The position numbers and the translations under genes are program-made. This document shows positions 1 through 7,956 of a DNA stretch of 15,423 nucleotides, in pieces (position 1 is the first letter of the stretch; each line of letters starts with the position of its first letter). The notes below the pieces were generated by a model, which saw only the letters and a program-made list of their open reading frames with translations, did no database searches and was not told the DNA's origin. The stretch is from Candidatus Sumerlaeia bacterium (GTDB taxonomy: Bacteria > Sumerlaeota > Sumerlaeia > SLMS01), in NCBI GenBank assembly GCA_038208905.1, contig JBBQYG010000091.1, positions 1 to 15,423 on the forward strand. Direction: 5' to 3'.

Positions 1-174
1 GAGCGTCTTGCCGAGGAACACCAACACCCAGCAGGAGAGTGTGGCGATCATCAGCGGGATGTTGGCCTTTCCCTGAGCTACGATGTAGATCATCAGGGCA
101 ACGAACGGGACCAGCCCACCAACGACGAGTGTCATTCCCAGTGGCCTGCGATTCTTCTCGATCCAGGGTGTCAT
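1..174 (-). CDS. Small membrane protein, 3' end truncated by window edge
   Basis: Manual translation from ATG 174: MTPWIEKNRRPLGMTLVVGGLVPFVALMIYIVAQGKANIPLMIATLSCWVLVFLGKTL..., open to base 1. Two hydrophobic TM-like segments after a basic N-terminus; starts 15 nt after the def stop. Not in the ORF track. Confidence 0.65.
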   Translation of the reverse strand, partial: MTPWIEKNRRPLGMTLVVGGLVPFVALMIYIVAQGKANIPLMIATLSCWVLVFLGKTL

Positions 175-189
175 GCGATTCGCTTTCTG

Positions 190-777
190 TCAGCGCGGCC
201 CGGCTGTGGCCGTCTCCGCGGGGGATTCCGACTGCTTCTTAATCCGGTTTAGCGCCCCGGCCATGCGCTGGCGCTGGGACTCGGGCAGGCGGTCGATGAA
301 CAGAATGCCATCCAGGTGATCCAGCTCGTGCTGAAAAACGCGCGCGGCGAGACCCTCCAGCCACTCCGTTCTCTCCTCCCACTCAAGCGTGCGGTATGCC
401 ACCCGGATGCGGAGCGGCCGAAAAACATCGGCCTCAAGCTCGGGAATCGAGAGACAGCCCTCGTTGTAGTCGCCGTCCTCCGGCGAACTATCGAGAATCG
501 TGGGATTAATGAAGACGTGCAGCTCGCGCTTGGCGGGGTCCTTGACGCGCTTGCCGTTCTTGCGCGGTGCGTCGCCGGCCTGGGCCCAATCGGCAAGGAA
601 GAAGCGGCGCAGTTCGCCGATCTGGTTTGCGGCAAGGCCGATGCCGCTGGCTTCGTACATGGTCTCTGCCATGTCCTCGACCAGCGCGTGAAAGCCCGCG
701 TCGATCTCGCCCTGGGCAAATTCGCGCGCCCGGGTGCGCAGGACGGGATCGCCGTAGATGCGTAGGAGGAGGCCCAT
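190..777 (-). CDS. def: Peptide deformylase
   Basis: All three PDF motifs present: GIGLAANQIG, EGCLS, QHELDHLDG; N-terminal YGDPVLR. ATG 777 preferred over TTG 807 (GGAGA upstream). Confidence 0.96.
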   Translation of the reverse strand: MGLLLRIYGDPVLRTRAREFAQGEIDAGFHALVEDMAETMYEASGIGLAANQIGELRRFFLADWAQAGDAPRKNGKRVKDPAKRELHVFINPTILDSSPEDGDYNEGCLSIPELEADVFRPLRIRVAYRTLEWEERTEWLEGLAARVFQHELDHLDGILFIDRLPESQRQRMAGALNRIKKQSESPAETATAGPR

Positions 778-838
778 TGTGGCGAAACATTCTCCGAATT
801 CTTTCAATTGGACCGGGCTTGCGGCGCCAGTCGGGGAA

Positions 839-2266
839 TCAGGCTTTAACTCCGCTGGGTGTCAGCAGGAATTTCCGCCAGTCGCCGCCCGCGGAACTCC
901 GCCGCCACCGGGCGATGAAGAACCCGTCGGTGCCGTGGAGCGAGGGGAGCAGCGTCACCGAGGACCCATCCGCCGACCGCGTCGCGTCGAACTTGGCATC
1001 CTTGAACACGCCTGGAAGCGGGTCCGGAGCGAAGTCGGGAAACTTCTCGCGCATCCACTCCACCACGCCCGCGGTTTCCTCCTCCTCGAAACTGCACGCG
1101 GCATAGACCAGCAGGCCGCTGGGGCGAACGCGGGGAGCGTATTGCGCGAGGCACTCGCGCTGCTGGGCGGTGGCGAGGGCAATGCGTTCCCTCAGCGACC
1201 CGCGCCAAGCGCTGGCGGGATCGCGCCTGAGCCGACCGAGACCAAGGCACGGCGCATCGACCAGCACGGCGTCGTAAACCGCCGCGTCGGGGAGCGAATC
1301 CCCGGGCATCACCTTGATCGCCGTGGCGCGCGCGTCCGCCGCGCGGGGGGCCAGCTTCTCCAGCCGCGCCTGATCGTTGTCGCTCGCGTCGATGCGCGTG
1401 GCCTCGGGAAAGCGCGCCGCGATATTGAGCGCCTTGCCACCGGCCCCGGCACAGGCGTCCAACACGCGCGCCTTCTCGGGCAGGCCCGCCAGCGCCTCCA
1501 CCACAAGCTGGCTTCCCTCGTCCTGGATTTCGTAGCAGCCCAGCTCCAGCCCCTGCACATTTTGCAGGTTCAGCTTCGACCGCAACCGCACGCCGAGCGG
1601 CGCATGGGGGGCGGTCAATGCAAGCGGCTCCGGCCGGCCCGCGTTCAGCGAATCGATCAGCGCCTGCCGCGAGCGGATGATCGGATTCGCGCGCAGGTCC
1701 AGCGGCGCCGGCGTTCCCATGCTTCGCGCCAGGCCCGCGGCAACATCCTGGCCGAATCGACGGGTCCAGCGATCGAGCAGAAACGGTGGAATGGAAGTTT
1801 CGAGCGCAAGGTCGCCCGGAGCGCCATCGGATTGCTTCGCCACGAACGCGGCGAACCCGGCGAGGTTGTCGGCCTCGCCGCCCGCGGCTTCGAGGAGCGC
1901 GATCGACGCAGGCGCATCCGCGCCGCAGTCCTCCACCAGCCAGCGGATCATCGCGAGATTCGCCTCACGTTCGGGTGTGACGCCTGGCACAATGGCCTCG
2001 TCCTGAAACACTGAACGCGGCGCCTCGCCGCGCCACGTCGCTGTCAGCATCAAAGTCCGCACGCGCATGCGCATCCAGGCAAACAGCGTCGCGCCGAGGA
2101 AGGCCCTGGCGGCGCCGCGGACCTCCTTGTGCTTCCTCAAGTATCCCGCAAGAAAGTGGTCGCTCGGGGCGTCGGAACCCAGCGACGCGGCATAAAGCGC
2201 CCGCAGATGCCCGCGCAGGGCATGGTGCTCCGGGCTGGTTGGGATCGGTCGTTGGGTTGTCATCAT
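839..2266 (-). CDS. RsmB/NOL1/NOP2/Sun-family SAM-dependent RNA m5C methyltransferase
   Basis: IQDEGSQ, VLDACAGAGGK (SAM binding), VLVDAPC (motif IV Cys), LVYAACS (motif VI Cys), C-terminal HGTDGFF. Start at ATG 2266 overlaps the era stop (ATGA). Confidence 0.92.
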   Translation of the reverse strand: MMTTQRPIPTSPEHHALRGHLRALYAASLGSDAPSDHFLAGYLRKHKEVRGAARAFLGATLFAWMRMRVRTLMLTATWRGEAPRSVFQDEAIVPGVTPEREANLAMIRWLVEDCGADAPASIALLEAAGGEADNLAGFAAFVAKQSDGAPGDLALETSIPPFLLDRWTRRFGQDVAAGLARSMGTPAPLDLRANPIIRSRQALIDSLNAGRPEPLALTAPHAPLGVRLRSKLNLQNVQGLELGCYEIQDEGSQLVVEALAGLPEKARVLDACAGAGGKALNIAARFPEATRIDASDNDQARLEKLAPRAADARATAIKVMPGDSLPDAAVYDAVLVDAPCLGLGRLRRDPASAWRGSLRERIALATAQQRECLAQYAPRVRPSGLLVYAACSFEEEETAGVVEWMREKFPDFAPDPLPGVFKDAKFDATRSADGSSVTLLPSLHGTDGFFIARWRRSSAGGDWRKFLLTPSGVKA

Positions 2267-3207
2267 GGCTTGGTCTTTCGCGGCTTCCCGCGCTTGGGGG
2301 GAGTCAGGCCAAACATACGCAGGTCGGAATCGTTGCGGCGCCATTTCTCCCGCGTCTTGACGAACAGTTCCAGATACACCGGCGCGCCGCAGAGCGCCTC
2401 GATATCGCGCCGCGCCGCGGTGCTGATCTTCTTCAGCGTCGCGCCTCCGTTGCCGATCACGATCCCCTTCTGGGAGTCGCGCTCGACGTAAACGACGGCG
2501 CGTATATACCATTTCCCCTCGGCGCGCTCGGTGAACTCCTCGATCAGGACGGCTGTCGAATAGGGGAGCTCCTCATGCAGGAACTGAAACGCCTTCTCGC
2601 GAATCATCTCCTGGGAAAGATAGCGCAGGTCGCGGTTCGTCAGGATGTCCGTGTCGTAGAGCGGCGGTCCCTCGGGCAGGTGCGCCCCGATCGCGGAGAG
2701 GAGGCCATCGAGGCCCTTCTTCTCCCGCGCGGACACGCCGAGGATCGTCGCGTAGCGCTTCTTCATTTCGGGCGGCAGATGCTCCCCCGCCCACGATCCC
2801 GCGTCGACGCGCGCGTGGGATCCGTCGATCTTGTTGACAACGAGGATGATGGGACCGCGCACGCTGGCAACGGCGCGCACGACTTCGTCGCCCGCGGGTT
2901 CCTTGTCTGCGACGTCGACCAGGTGGATGACGACCTCCACGCCGCTGATGCCCTCTGTCACGTTGGAGTGCAGGCACTCGTTCAGCCTGTCGTCGGGCGT
3001 CACAAGGCCGGGCAGATCGACAAACACGATCTGGCGGGAGTCATCGGAGTAGATGCCGGAGAACTTGTCCCGCGTGGTCTGGGGCAGCGCGGAAACGGCG
3101 GCGAGCTTGGCCCCCACGATGGCGTTGAGCAGTGTGGACTTTCCGGCATTGGGCTTTCCGAGCAGGGCGGCAAAGCCCGCGCGGAAGGGAGTTTCAGGTG
3201 GTGGCAT
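2263..3207 (-). CDS. era: GTPase Era
   Basis: G1 GKPNAGKST, G2 PQTTR, G3 DLPG, G4 NKID, then EELPY and KH-domain SQKGIVIGNGG. Start ATG 3207 (MPPPETPFRAGF) overlaps the 3' end of ybeY. Confidence 0.96.
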   Translation of the reverse strand: MPPPETPFRAGFAALLGKPNAGKSTLLNAIVGAKLAAVSALPQTTRDKFSGIYSDDSRQIVFVDLPGLVTPDDRLNECLHSNVTEGISGVEVVIHLVDVADKEPAGDEVVRAVASVRGPIILVVNKIDGSHARVDAGSWAGEHLPPEMKKRYATILGVSAREKKGLDGLLSAIGAHLPEGPPLYDTDILTNRDLRYLSQEMIREKAFQFLHEELPYSTAVLIEEFTERAEGKWYIRAVVYVERDSQKGIVIGNGGATLKKISTAARRDIEALCGAPVYLELFVKTREKWRRNDSDLRMFGLTPPKRGKPRKTKP

Positions 3208-3718
3208 GGTTTCCGTGTGTGCGCGGAATGACGACGGAGAGACGCGGCGCGCGGATGCGCGACATCGCCTCCAGAATGCGATCAGTCTCCGCCCACATGG
3301 CGCGCTTGCGCGCCGGAACATCGTGGTCGTAGCCGAGCAGGTGCAGCAGCCCGTGAACCAGGAGGAGCGCAACCTCCTGATCCGTCGTGCGCTCGAAATC
3401 GGGCGCCTGGCGAGCGCACACCGGCAGGCACACGGCGATGTCCCCCAGATGAATGGTGTGTGCGCGAGGCGCGCGCTTTGGATCATCGAGCGCGGGAAAG
3501 CTCAGGACGTCGGTCGCGTGGTCTTCGCCAAGGTGAGTGCGATGGAGTTCCGCCATGCGCGAGGCGGAGCAGAAGAGCACCGAGACTTCCGCAAGGGGGA
3601 GCGAGCGCAACTCCAGCGCGCCAGTCAGCAGCTTGCGTGTATAGACGGCCAGCTCCTCGCGCGGCGAGCGCAGGCCGGGGCGGTGAAACGCCACGTGGAC
3701 AGTGGGGTGGGCGCTCAT
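3194..3718 (-). CDS. ybeY: rRNA maturation endoribonuclease YbeY
   Basis: TDVLSFP, LGDI and the metal-binding HGLLHLLGYDH signature; adjacent to era as is common. Confidence 0.95.
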   Translation of the reverse strand: MSAHPTVHVAFHRPGLRSPREELAVYTRKLLTGALELRSLPLAEVSVLFCSASRMAELHRTHLGEDHATDVLSFPALDDPKRAPRAHTIHLGDIAVCLPVCARQAPDFERTTDQEVALLLVHGLLHLLGYDHDVPARKRAMWAETDRILEAMSRIRAPRLSVVIPRTHGNHATT

Positions 3719-4224
3719 GTGGTGGTCTTCCTAAACTTGTGGGGCAGGGAATAGCGCGCCTGATCCACCCACGCGTAGTGCCCCCACTGATCGCTCGACA
3801 CGCGCAGCAGCGGCGCCCCGTCGTCCGCCGCGACGCGCAATGCGTCGGCGAGTGTCTGCGTGTCGTCCACCGAGACGCCATGCTCGCCCAGGCCGGCGCG
3901 AATCTGCGACTCGGAGAGGTAGCCGCCGACCTCCTCCAGCAGGCACGCCGCCGCCTCCGGCAAGGTGAAGCGCTGCCAACTGATGCGCACGCCCTGACGC
4001 GCCGTGGGAAGGTCCACCATGAGGACCTCGCGGATTGCGTCGATGCGGCGCGACAGCGACTCCATCCGCGCCTCCACGACGGAGAGGTCGCGCATCAGAG
4101 CCTCGCGCTGGGCATGAAGGGTGGACTTCTCCCGGAACAACTCCGACTGCCGCGCGCGGAGCAACTCCACGGCGGCGTCGATGGTCTCCTTGCTTTGCGG
4201 TTGGTCGAAATCCTGATCGTTCAT
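3715..4224 (-). CDS. Hypothetical protein: N-terminal coiled coil plus C-terminal winged-helix-like (HARE-HTH-like) segment
   Basis: ATG 4224 with GGGGA upstream; stop overlaps the ybeY start (ATGA). Heptad-rich LRARQSELFREK...LSRRIDAIREVL, then FTLPEAAACLLEEVGGYLSESQIRAGL resembling HARE-HTH helices. The domain call is by eye. Confidence 0.75.
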   Translation of the reverse strand: MNDQDFDQPQSKETIDAAVELLRARQSELFREKSTLHAQREALMRDLSVVEARMESLSRRIDAIREVLMVDLPTARQGVRISWQRFTLPEAAACLLEEVGGYLSESQIRAGLGEHGVSVDDTQTLADALRVAADDGAPLLRVSSDQWGHYAWVDQARYSLPHKFRKTTT

Positions 4225-4304
4225 GGCGCGTTCCCCGTTCTGAGGATTCGAATCGATCCTCTGCCCGCAGGCCCCCTCCACACAAGGCGAAACGCCAAAC
4301 GGCC

Positions 4305-5993
4305 TCAGAAGATCATCCAGGACGCATCGCCCGGAGCACCCAGAAGGAAGGACACGTGGCCCACCGTGGCGGGTGCGTTTTCCTCTGCGTCATACATCGC
4401 AAGAAAGCTGACAGCCTTGGGCATTGCCGTATCGCGAAAGGGCGCAACGAAGCGCGGGGCGACGCTCTGGTAAACCAGCGTGGCCTCCACCGTGACGGCT
4501 CCATCGGCGGCGGAGATGTCGAACTCATAGGTGACGACGTCGGCGCCGGTTCCCTCCACCGCCGCATCCCGATTGAAGTTGGGATCGGTGGCCGCATCGC
4601 CGATAATCGCCGTGCTGGCGGCGTGGGAACCCGTGGACAGATAGCCGCGAGGCGGCAGTCGGTTGTCCTTCAGGTAGGACGCCGCCCCCATGAGCGATGT
4701 AGTCACGGCGCCGCCGAGGTCGGCGATGATCGGCTCGTACACCTGCACGTCCGCGGGATTGGCGATCAAGTCGTGGTGGGGCTCAAACGGATCAGACAAT
4801 CCCACGATCTCGCCGTCGGGATTCCACGCGCCCGATTCAAATAGCACGTTCCCGCCCGCGTCACGCGCCACGAACTTCAGCCACGCCCGCCGCGCCGGAT
4901 ATCCCGTCGGGAACTTGTGACCCGCCAGATTCTCCAGCCGCACGGCCACCCGCGCCTTGCCATCGTCGGCGTCGAGTTCCGCGACGCTCACGTTCACCGT
5001 GCGCGTGCGCAGCTGATCGAGAGTGCGCTCGATCGTGCGGTCGAACTGCTCCTCCGATGCTGTCAACCCCAAGCCGTCGATGTTATTCTTCAACAGGCTC
5101 AGCATGAAAGCGTTCCCGCCCACAAAGTAGTGCTTGTAGAATGGCGTGTGCTCGACGCCGGGCGGGAAGCTGGAGATAACCACCGGGTCGGTGGTGATCG
5201 GCATGTGGCAATCCTGGCAGCTCTGGATCGAGGCCGGCTGGGAGAACACGCTGTTTTTCCACTCCAGATACGGCGTCTGCTCCGGGAACTGGCCTAGAAT
5301 AGTTCCCAGATCGTCCACGATGGGAGTGAAGAGCGTGTGGCACGTCGCGCACACTTCCGACTGCGTCTTGTGGGCGCCGTATTGTGGCGTGTAGTTCAGC
5401 GCGCTCTGCATCGCAAACTGGTAGATGTCCTCCGTCGCGTAGGGGCCAAAAATCACGCGCTCGTCTGTGATTTCGTAGCCGCCATTCCAGCTTTCCGGCG
5501 TGCCCAGATTGTCCGGCTGGATCTGGTGGCACAGCGTGCAGCTCACGCCGTCGCGGGCCAGCGGCGATACCTCGGCCTGTGCGAGGGAGAAGCTCGTCGC
5601 GCCGTCGTGGATCGCCTGGGTCCTCGCCATCGGCGCATGGCATGTCAGGCAGGAATCCTCGATCTCAGCCTTTCGCCCGGGGCGAAGCGCCACTTCGCGC
5701 TCCAGCGTGGCTTGAAAGTACGGATCCGTGAATGAATTCGCCATCATCGTCGAACGCCAATCCTGGGGAGGAGAGAGGTCGTTTCCCTCCTTGTCGCGCA
5801 GGACCTCGCCATCGGAGGTGTGACAGAACTCGCAATTCCCGGAGCCGGCAAAAAGCGACGACTGCGCCATTTCGAGCGGGAGGCCGGCCCCCTGCTTGGG
5901 ACCCGGCACGCGCGCGACGAATGCCGTGGCCGTGGCCACGAGGCAGGGGACCGCGGCGATGCGTAGGACCTGGGCAAGGCGATGGCGGATCAC
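4305..5993 (-). CDS. Secreted pentaheme c-type cytochrome with C-terminal beta-rich domain
   Basis: Five CxxCH motifs (CEFCH, CLTCH, CTLCH, CATCH, CQDCH), GHKFPTG motif, signal-like N-terminus from GTG 5993, which overlaps the upstream stop (GTGA). Ends ...GDASWMIF. Confidence 0.92.
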   Translation of the reverse strand: MIRHRLAQVLRIAAVPCLVATATAFVARVPGPKQGAGLPLEMAQSSLFAGSGNCEFCHTSDGEVLRDKEGNDLSPPQDWRSTMMANSFTDPYFQATLEREVALRPGRKAEIEDSCLTCHAPMARTQAIHDGATSFSLAQAEVSPLARDGVSCTLCHQIQPDNLGTPESWNGGYEITDERVIFGPYATEDIYQFAMQSALNYTPQYGAHKTQSEVCATCHTLFTPIVDDLGTILGQFPEQTPYLEWKNSVFSQPASIQSCQDCHMPITTDPVVISSFPPGVEHTPFYKHYFVGGNAFMLSLLKNNIDGLGLTASEEQFDRTIERTLDQLRTRTVNVSVAELDADDGKARVAVRLENLAGHKFPTGYPARRAWLKFVARDAGGNVLFESGAWNPDGEIVGLSDPFEPHHDLIANPADVQVYEPIIADLGGAVTTSLMGAASYLKDNRLPPRGYLSTGSHAASTAIIGDAATDPNFNRDAAVEGTGADVVTYEFDISAADGAVTVEATLVYQSVAPRFVAPFRDTAMPKAVSFLAMYDAEENAPATVGHVSFLLGAPGDASWMIF

Positions 5994-7540
5994 TGAAGAC
6001 TCCAGACGTCGCCTTCCGGATACTGGATGGTCAGGTAGCGGTCGATCTCGACGTTGGTGAGAATCTGCTCCTTCTTGTCCGGCCACACGACGCGAAGCGT
6101 TTCGATGACAGCGGCGGCGCCGAGCCCGAAGTGCACGGGAAGATCGCTCTGGTTGAACGTGCCCGCGTTGGTGTTGGCCTCGCGGCGCAGGGTGCGCTCC
6201 TGCGGGGTTCCCTTGTGGATCGTGGCATAGAGCGTCGCCCCGATCGCCGTGGTGTTCTCCTTCCGCCCGCGCAGGCGCACTTGCAGCCAGTGATTTCCGT
6301 TGGCGGCTGCGTTGCTGACATACAGGCGCTCGGGAAACGAGGAGTTCGTGGCAGTGATCAGGTCCATGTCGCCGTCGCCATCGATGTCTCCCCAGGCACT
6401 GTCATAGCCACCCTCGTTCTCCCACAGGAGTCCCTCCGCATCGGTCACATCGACGAAGGCCCAGTTGCCATCGTTGCGATAGAGCGCCATCGCCTGATTC
6501 AACGTTCTCGCCAAGTGATCGTGGAAGAAAAAGTCCAAGTCGCCATCGTTGTCATAGTCGACCGCCTTGCTGCCATTGAGGTCGGCGCCGTTATTGGCGA
6601 AGGGCTGGCTGCCAAGGACCGTCGCGACATCGCTCCACGCTCCCCCGCCATCGTTGCGGAAAATCCGGGTGGGATTGCCGTCGGCCCCGGTCACATAGAG
6701 GTCCAGATCGCCGTCGTCGTCGAGATCGACGAACTCCGTGCCATAGCTATTCGCGAGGTATTGCGTGCCGTTTGAATCGGCGATATCGACGAAGGTCAAT
6801 GTGCCATCGGGGACGAGGCGATTCTCGAAGAAATTGTTCCGTATGTTCCCGCCCTGGATGCAGGTGGATATATAGATATCCAGATCGCCGTCGCCGTCAT
6901 AGTCGCCGACAGCCATGCCATAGGCCTTGGTGCCAAAGTCCACTTGCAACCCCGCGGCCGCGCCGACCGGGGTAAAGCTTCCGTCGGAATTCTGGATGTA
7001 GATCTCGTGCCGCTCGGGGCCCTCCATGCCGATGATCAGGTCCAGGTCGCCATCGTTGTCGATGTCGTTCCACGCCACGTTCTGGTGGAAGCCGGGCTCG
7101 TTGATGGTGGAGGCACTGACATCCACGAATCCAAGCGGGTGATCGTTGCGGAAAAGGTCGCCGCGTGCCGAACGGGGATTCGCCTGGCCGAGGAATACAT
7201 CCACGCGGCCGTCGCCGTTGTAGTCGCCCCACGCGGCGCTCCACCCGGTGGTGTCGCTGGCGACGGGGCCCAACTGCGGGGTAACGTTGGTGAAGGCAAG
7301 TGTCTGTGTGGAGGTGCTGTCGTTCCTGAGCAGTCGGCGCGCGTCGGCGCTCCCCTGCACCAGCACATCAAGGTCGCCATCGGCGTCGTAGTCGCCGAGC
7401 GAGATGCTGATGCCGTTCAAGTTCTGAGTGCCCAGAACGGCGCTCGGCGCGCGCTCGAAAGTCTGGGCCGAGGCTGTTGCAAGCCCTAGCCCCGCCAGAA
7501 TCCCCAACAAGTGCCGCAGCCCCAATGATCCAAAATCCAC
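5990..7540 (-). CDS. Secreted FG-GAP/VCBS beta-propeller protein with C-terminal ASPIC/UnbV domain (CRTAC1-like)
   Basis: Seven DxD/NxDGxxD repeats (DYDADGDLD, DYNGDGRVD, DIDNDGDLD, DYDGDGDLD, DLDDDGDLD, DYDNDGDLD, DIDGDGDMD); NHWLQVRLRG...AIGA...QSDLPVHFGLG...VVWPD matches ASPIC/UnbV. GTG 7540 follows GAAGGGGG; signal peptide ...LGLATASA|QTF. Ends ...EGDVWSLQ. Confidence 0.92.
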   Translation of the reverse strand: MDFGSLGLRHLLGILAGLGLATASAQTFERAPSAVLGTQNLNGISISLGDYDADGDLDVLVQGSADARRLLRNDSTSTQTLAFTNVTPQLGPVASDTTGWSAAWGDYNGDGRVDVFLGQANPRSARGDLFRNDHPLGFVDVSASTINEPGFHQNVAWNDIDNDGDLDLIIGMEGPERHEIYIQNSDGSFTPVGAAAGLQVDFGTKAYGMAVGDYDGDGDLDIYISTCIQGGNIRNNFFENRLVPDGTLTFVDIADSNGTQYLANSYGTEFVDLDDDGDLDLYVTGADGNPTRIFRNDGGGAWSDVATVLGSQPFANNGADLNGSKAVDYDNDGDLDFFFHDHLARTLNQAMALYRNDGNWAFVDVTDAEGLLWENEGGYDSAWGDIDGDGDMDLITATNSSFPERLYVSNAAANGNHWLQVRLRGRKENTTAIGATLYATIHKGTPQERTLRREANTNAGTFNQSDLPVHFGLGAAAVIETLRVVWPDKKEQILTNVEIDRYLTIQYPEGDVWSLQ

Positions 7541-7568
7541 GTGCTTTCCCCCTTCATGGGCAAGGCGG

Positions 7569-7599
7569 ACAATAGTCACCGGCTCCCCGAAAGTGTCAA
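7569..7599 (-). promoter_or_regulatory. Candidate sigma70 promoter for the FG-GAP and cytochrome genes
   Basis: Perfect -35 TTGACA (7599-7594) followed by GACTAT (16-nt spacer) or TATTGT (19-nt spacer), about 30 nt upstream of GTG 7540. The -10 match and spacing are imperfect. Confidence 0.45.
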
Positions 7600-7853
7600 C
7601 CGTTCCGGTCATGCAATTGAACGCGATTCCCGCCCACCTTCTTGGCGAGACACATGGCATTGTGGGCCGGGTGAAGCAAATGGCTGGCGGCCCCGCATTC
7701 TGGCGAAAGCCCGGCCACGCCAAAGCTCGCTGCAACCCGGATGGCCCCCCACTCTGCCGACATGCTCACCAGCTCAAGGCATTGCCGGATGCCTTCGGCC
7801 AGTGCCAAGGCGACCGCCGCGGTGAACGCGGCGCCCGAGATCGATTCTGGCAC
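7596..7853 (-). pseudogene. Degenerate C-terminal fragment of a GGDEF (diguanylate cyclase) domain
   Basis: ALALAEGIRQCLE...IRVAASFGVA...LLHPAHNAMCLAKKVGGNRV matches the GGDEF C-terminal consensus (LAERIR...VTASFGVA...LLxxADxAMYxAKxxGRNRV). SGAAF sits where GGDEF is expected; the N-terminal half is missing and an in-frame TGA lies 5 codons upstream. Confidence 0.75.
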
Positions 7854-7884
7854 CGTTTCCCTGAATCACCGCCCTTCTGAATGT

Positions 7885-7918
7885 AAACAAACGCTCCACC
7901 AGAGCGGGAGCCTCCCGC
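7885..7918 (-). terminator. Possible intrinsic terminator downstream of the CotH gene
   Basis: Minus strand: GCGGGAG-G-CTCCCGC palindrome overlapping a CGCTC-TGGTG-GAGCG hairpin, followed by TTTGTTT, about 40-70 nt after the stop at 7957. Confidence 0.35.
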
Positions 7919-7956
7919 CGGCGACGCCAACGCTGGGCGATCAGGGGGGCACCGCC

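Noticed and set aside
6360-7400. Recurrent GTCGCCGTC/GTCGCCATC repeats as a CRISPR or DNA repeat array
   Set aside because: They encode the DGD core of FG-GAP protein repeats, are degenerate at synonymous sites and are irregularly spaced.
2267-7735. Extended N-termini in the ORF track (starts 2512, 3486, 4281, 6086, 7735)
   Set aside because: The extensions overlap upstream genes or intergenic DNA. Downstream starts with stop/start overlaps, RBS or signal peptides (2266, 3207, 4224, 5993, 7540) fit better.
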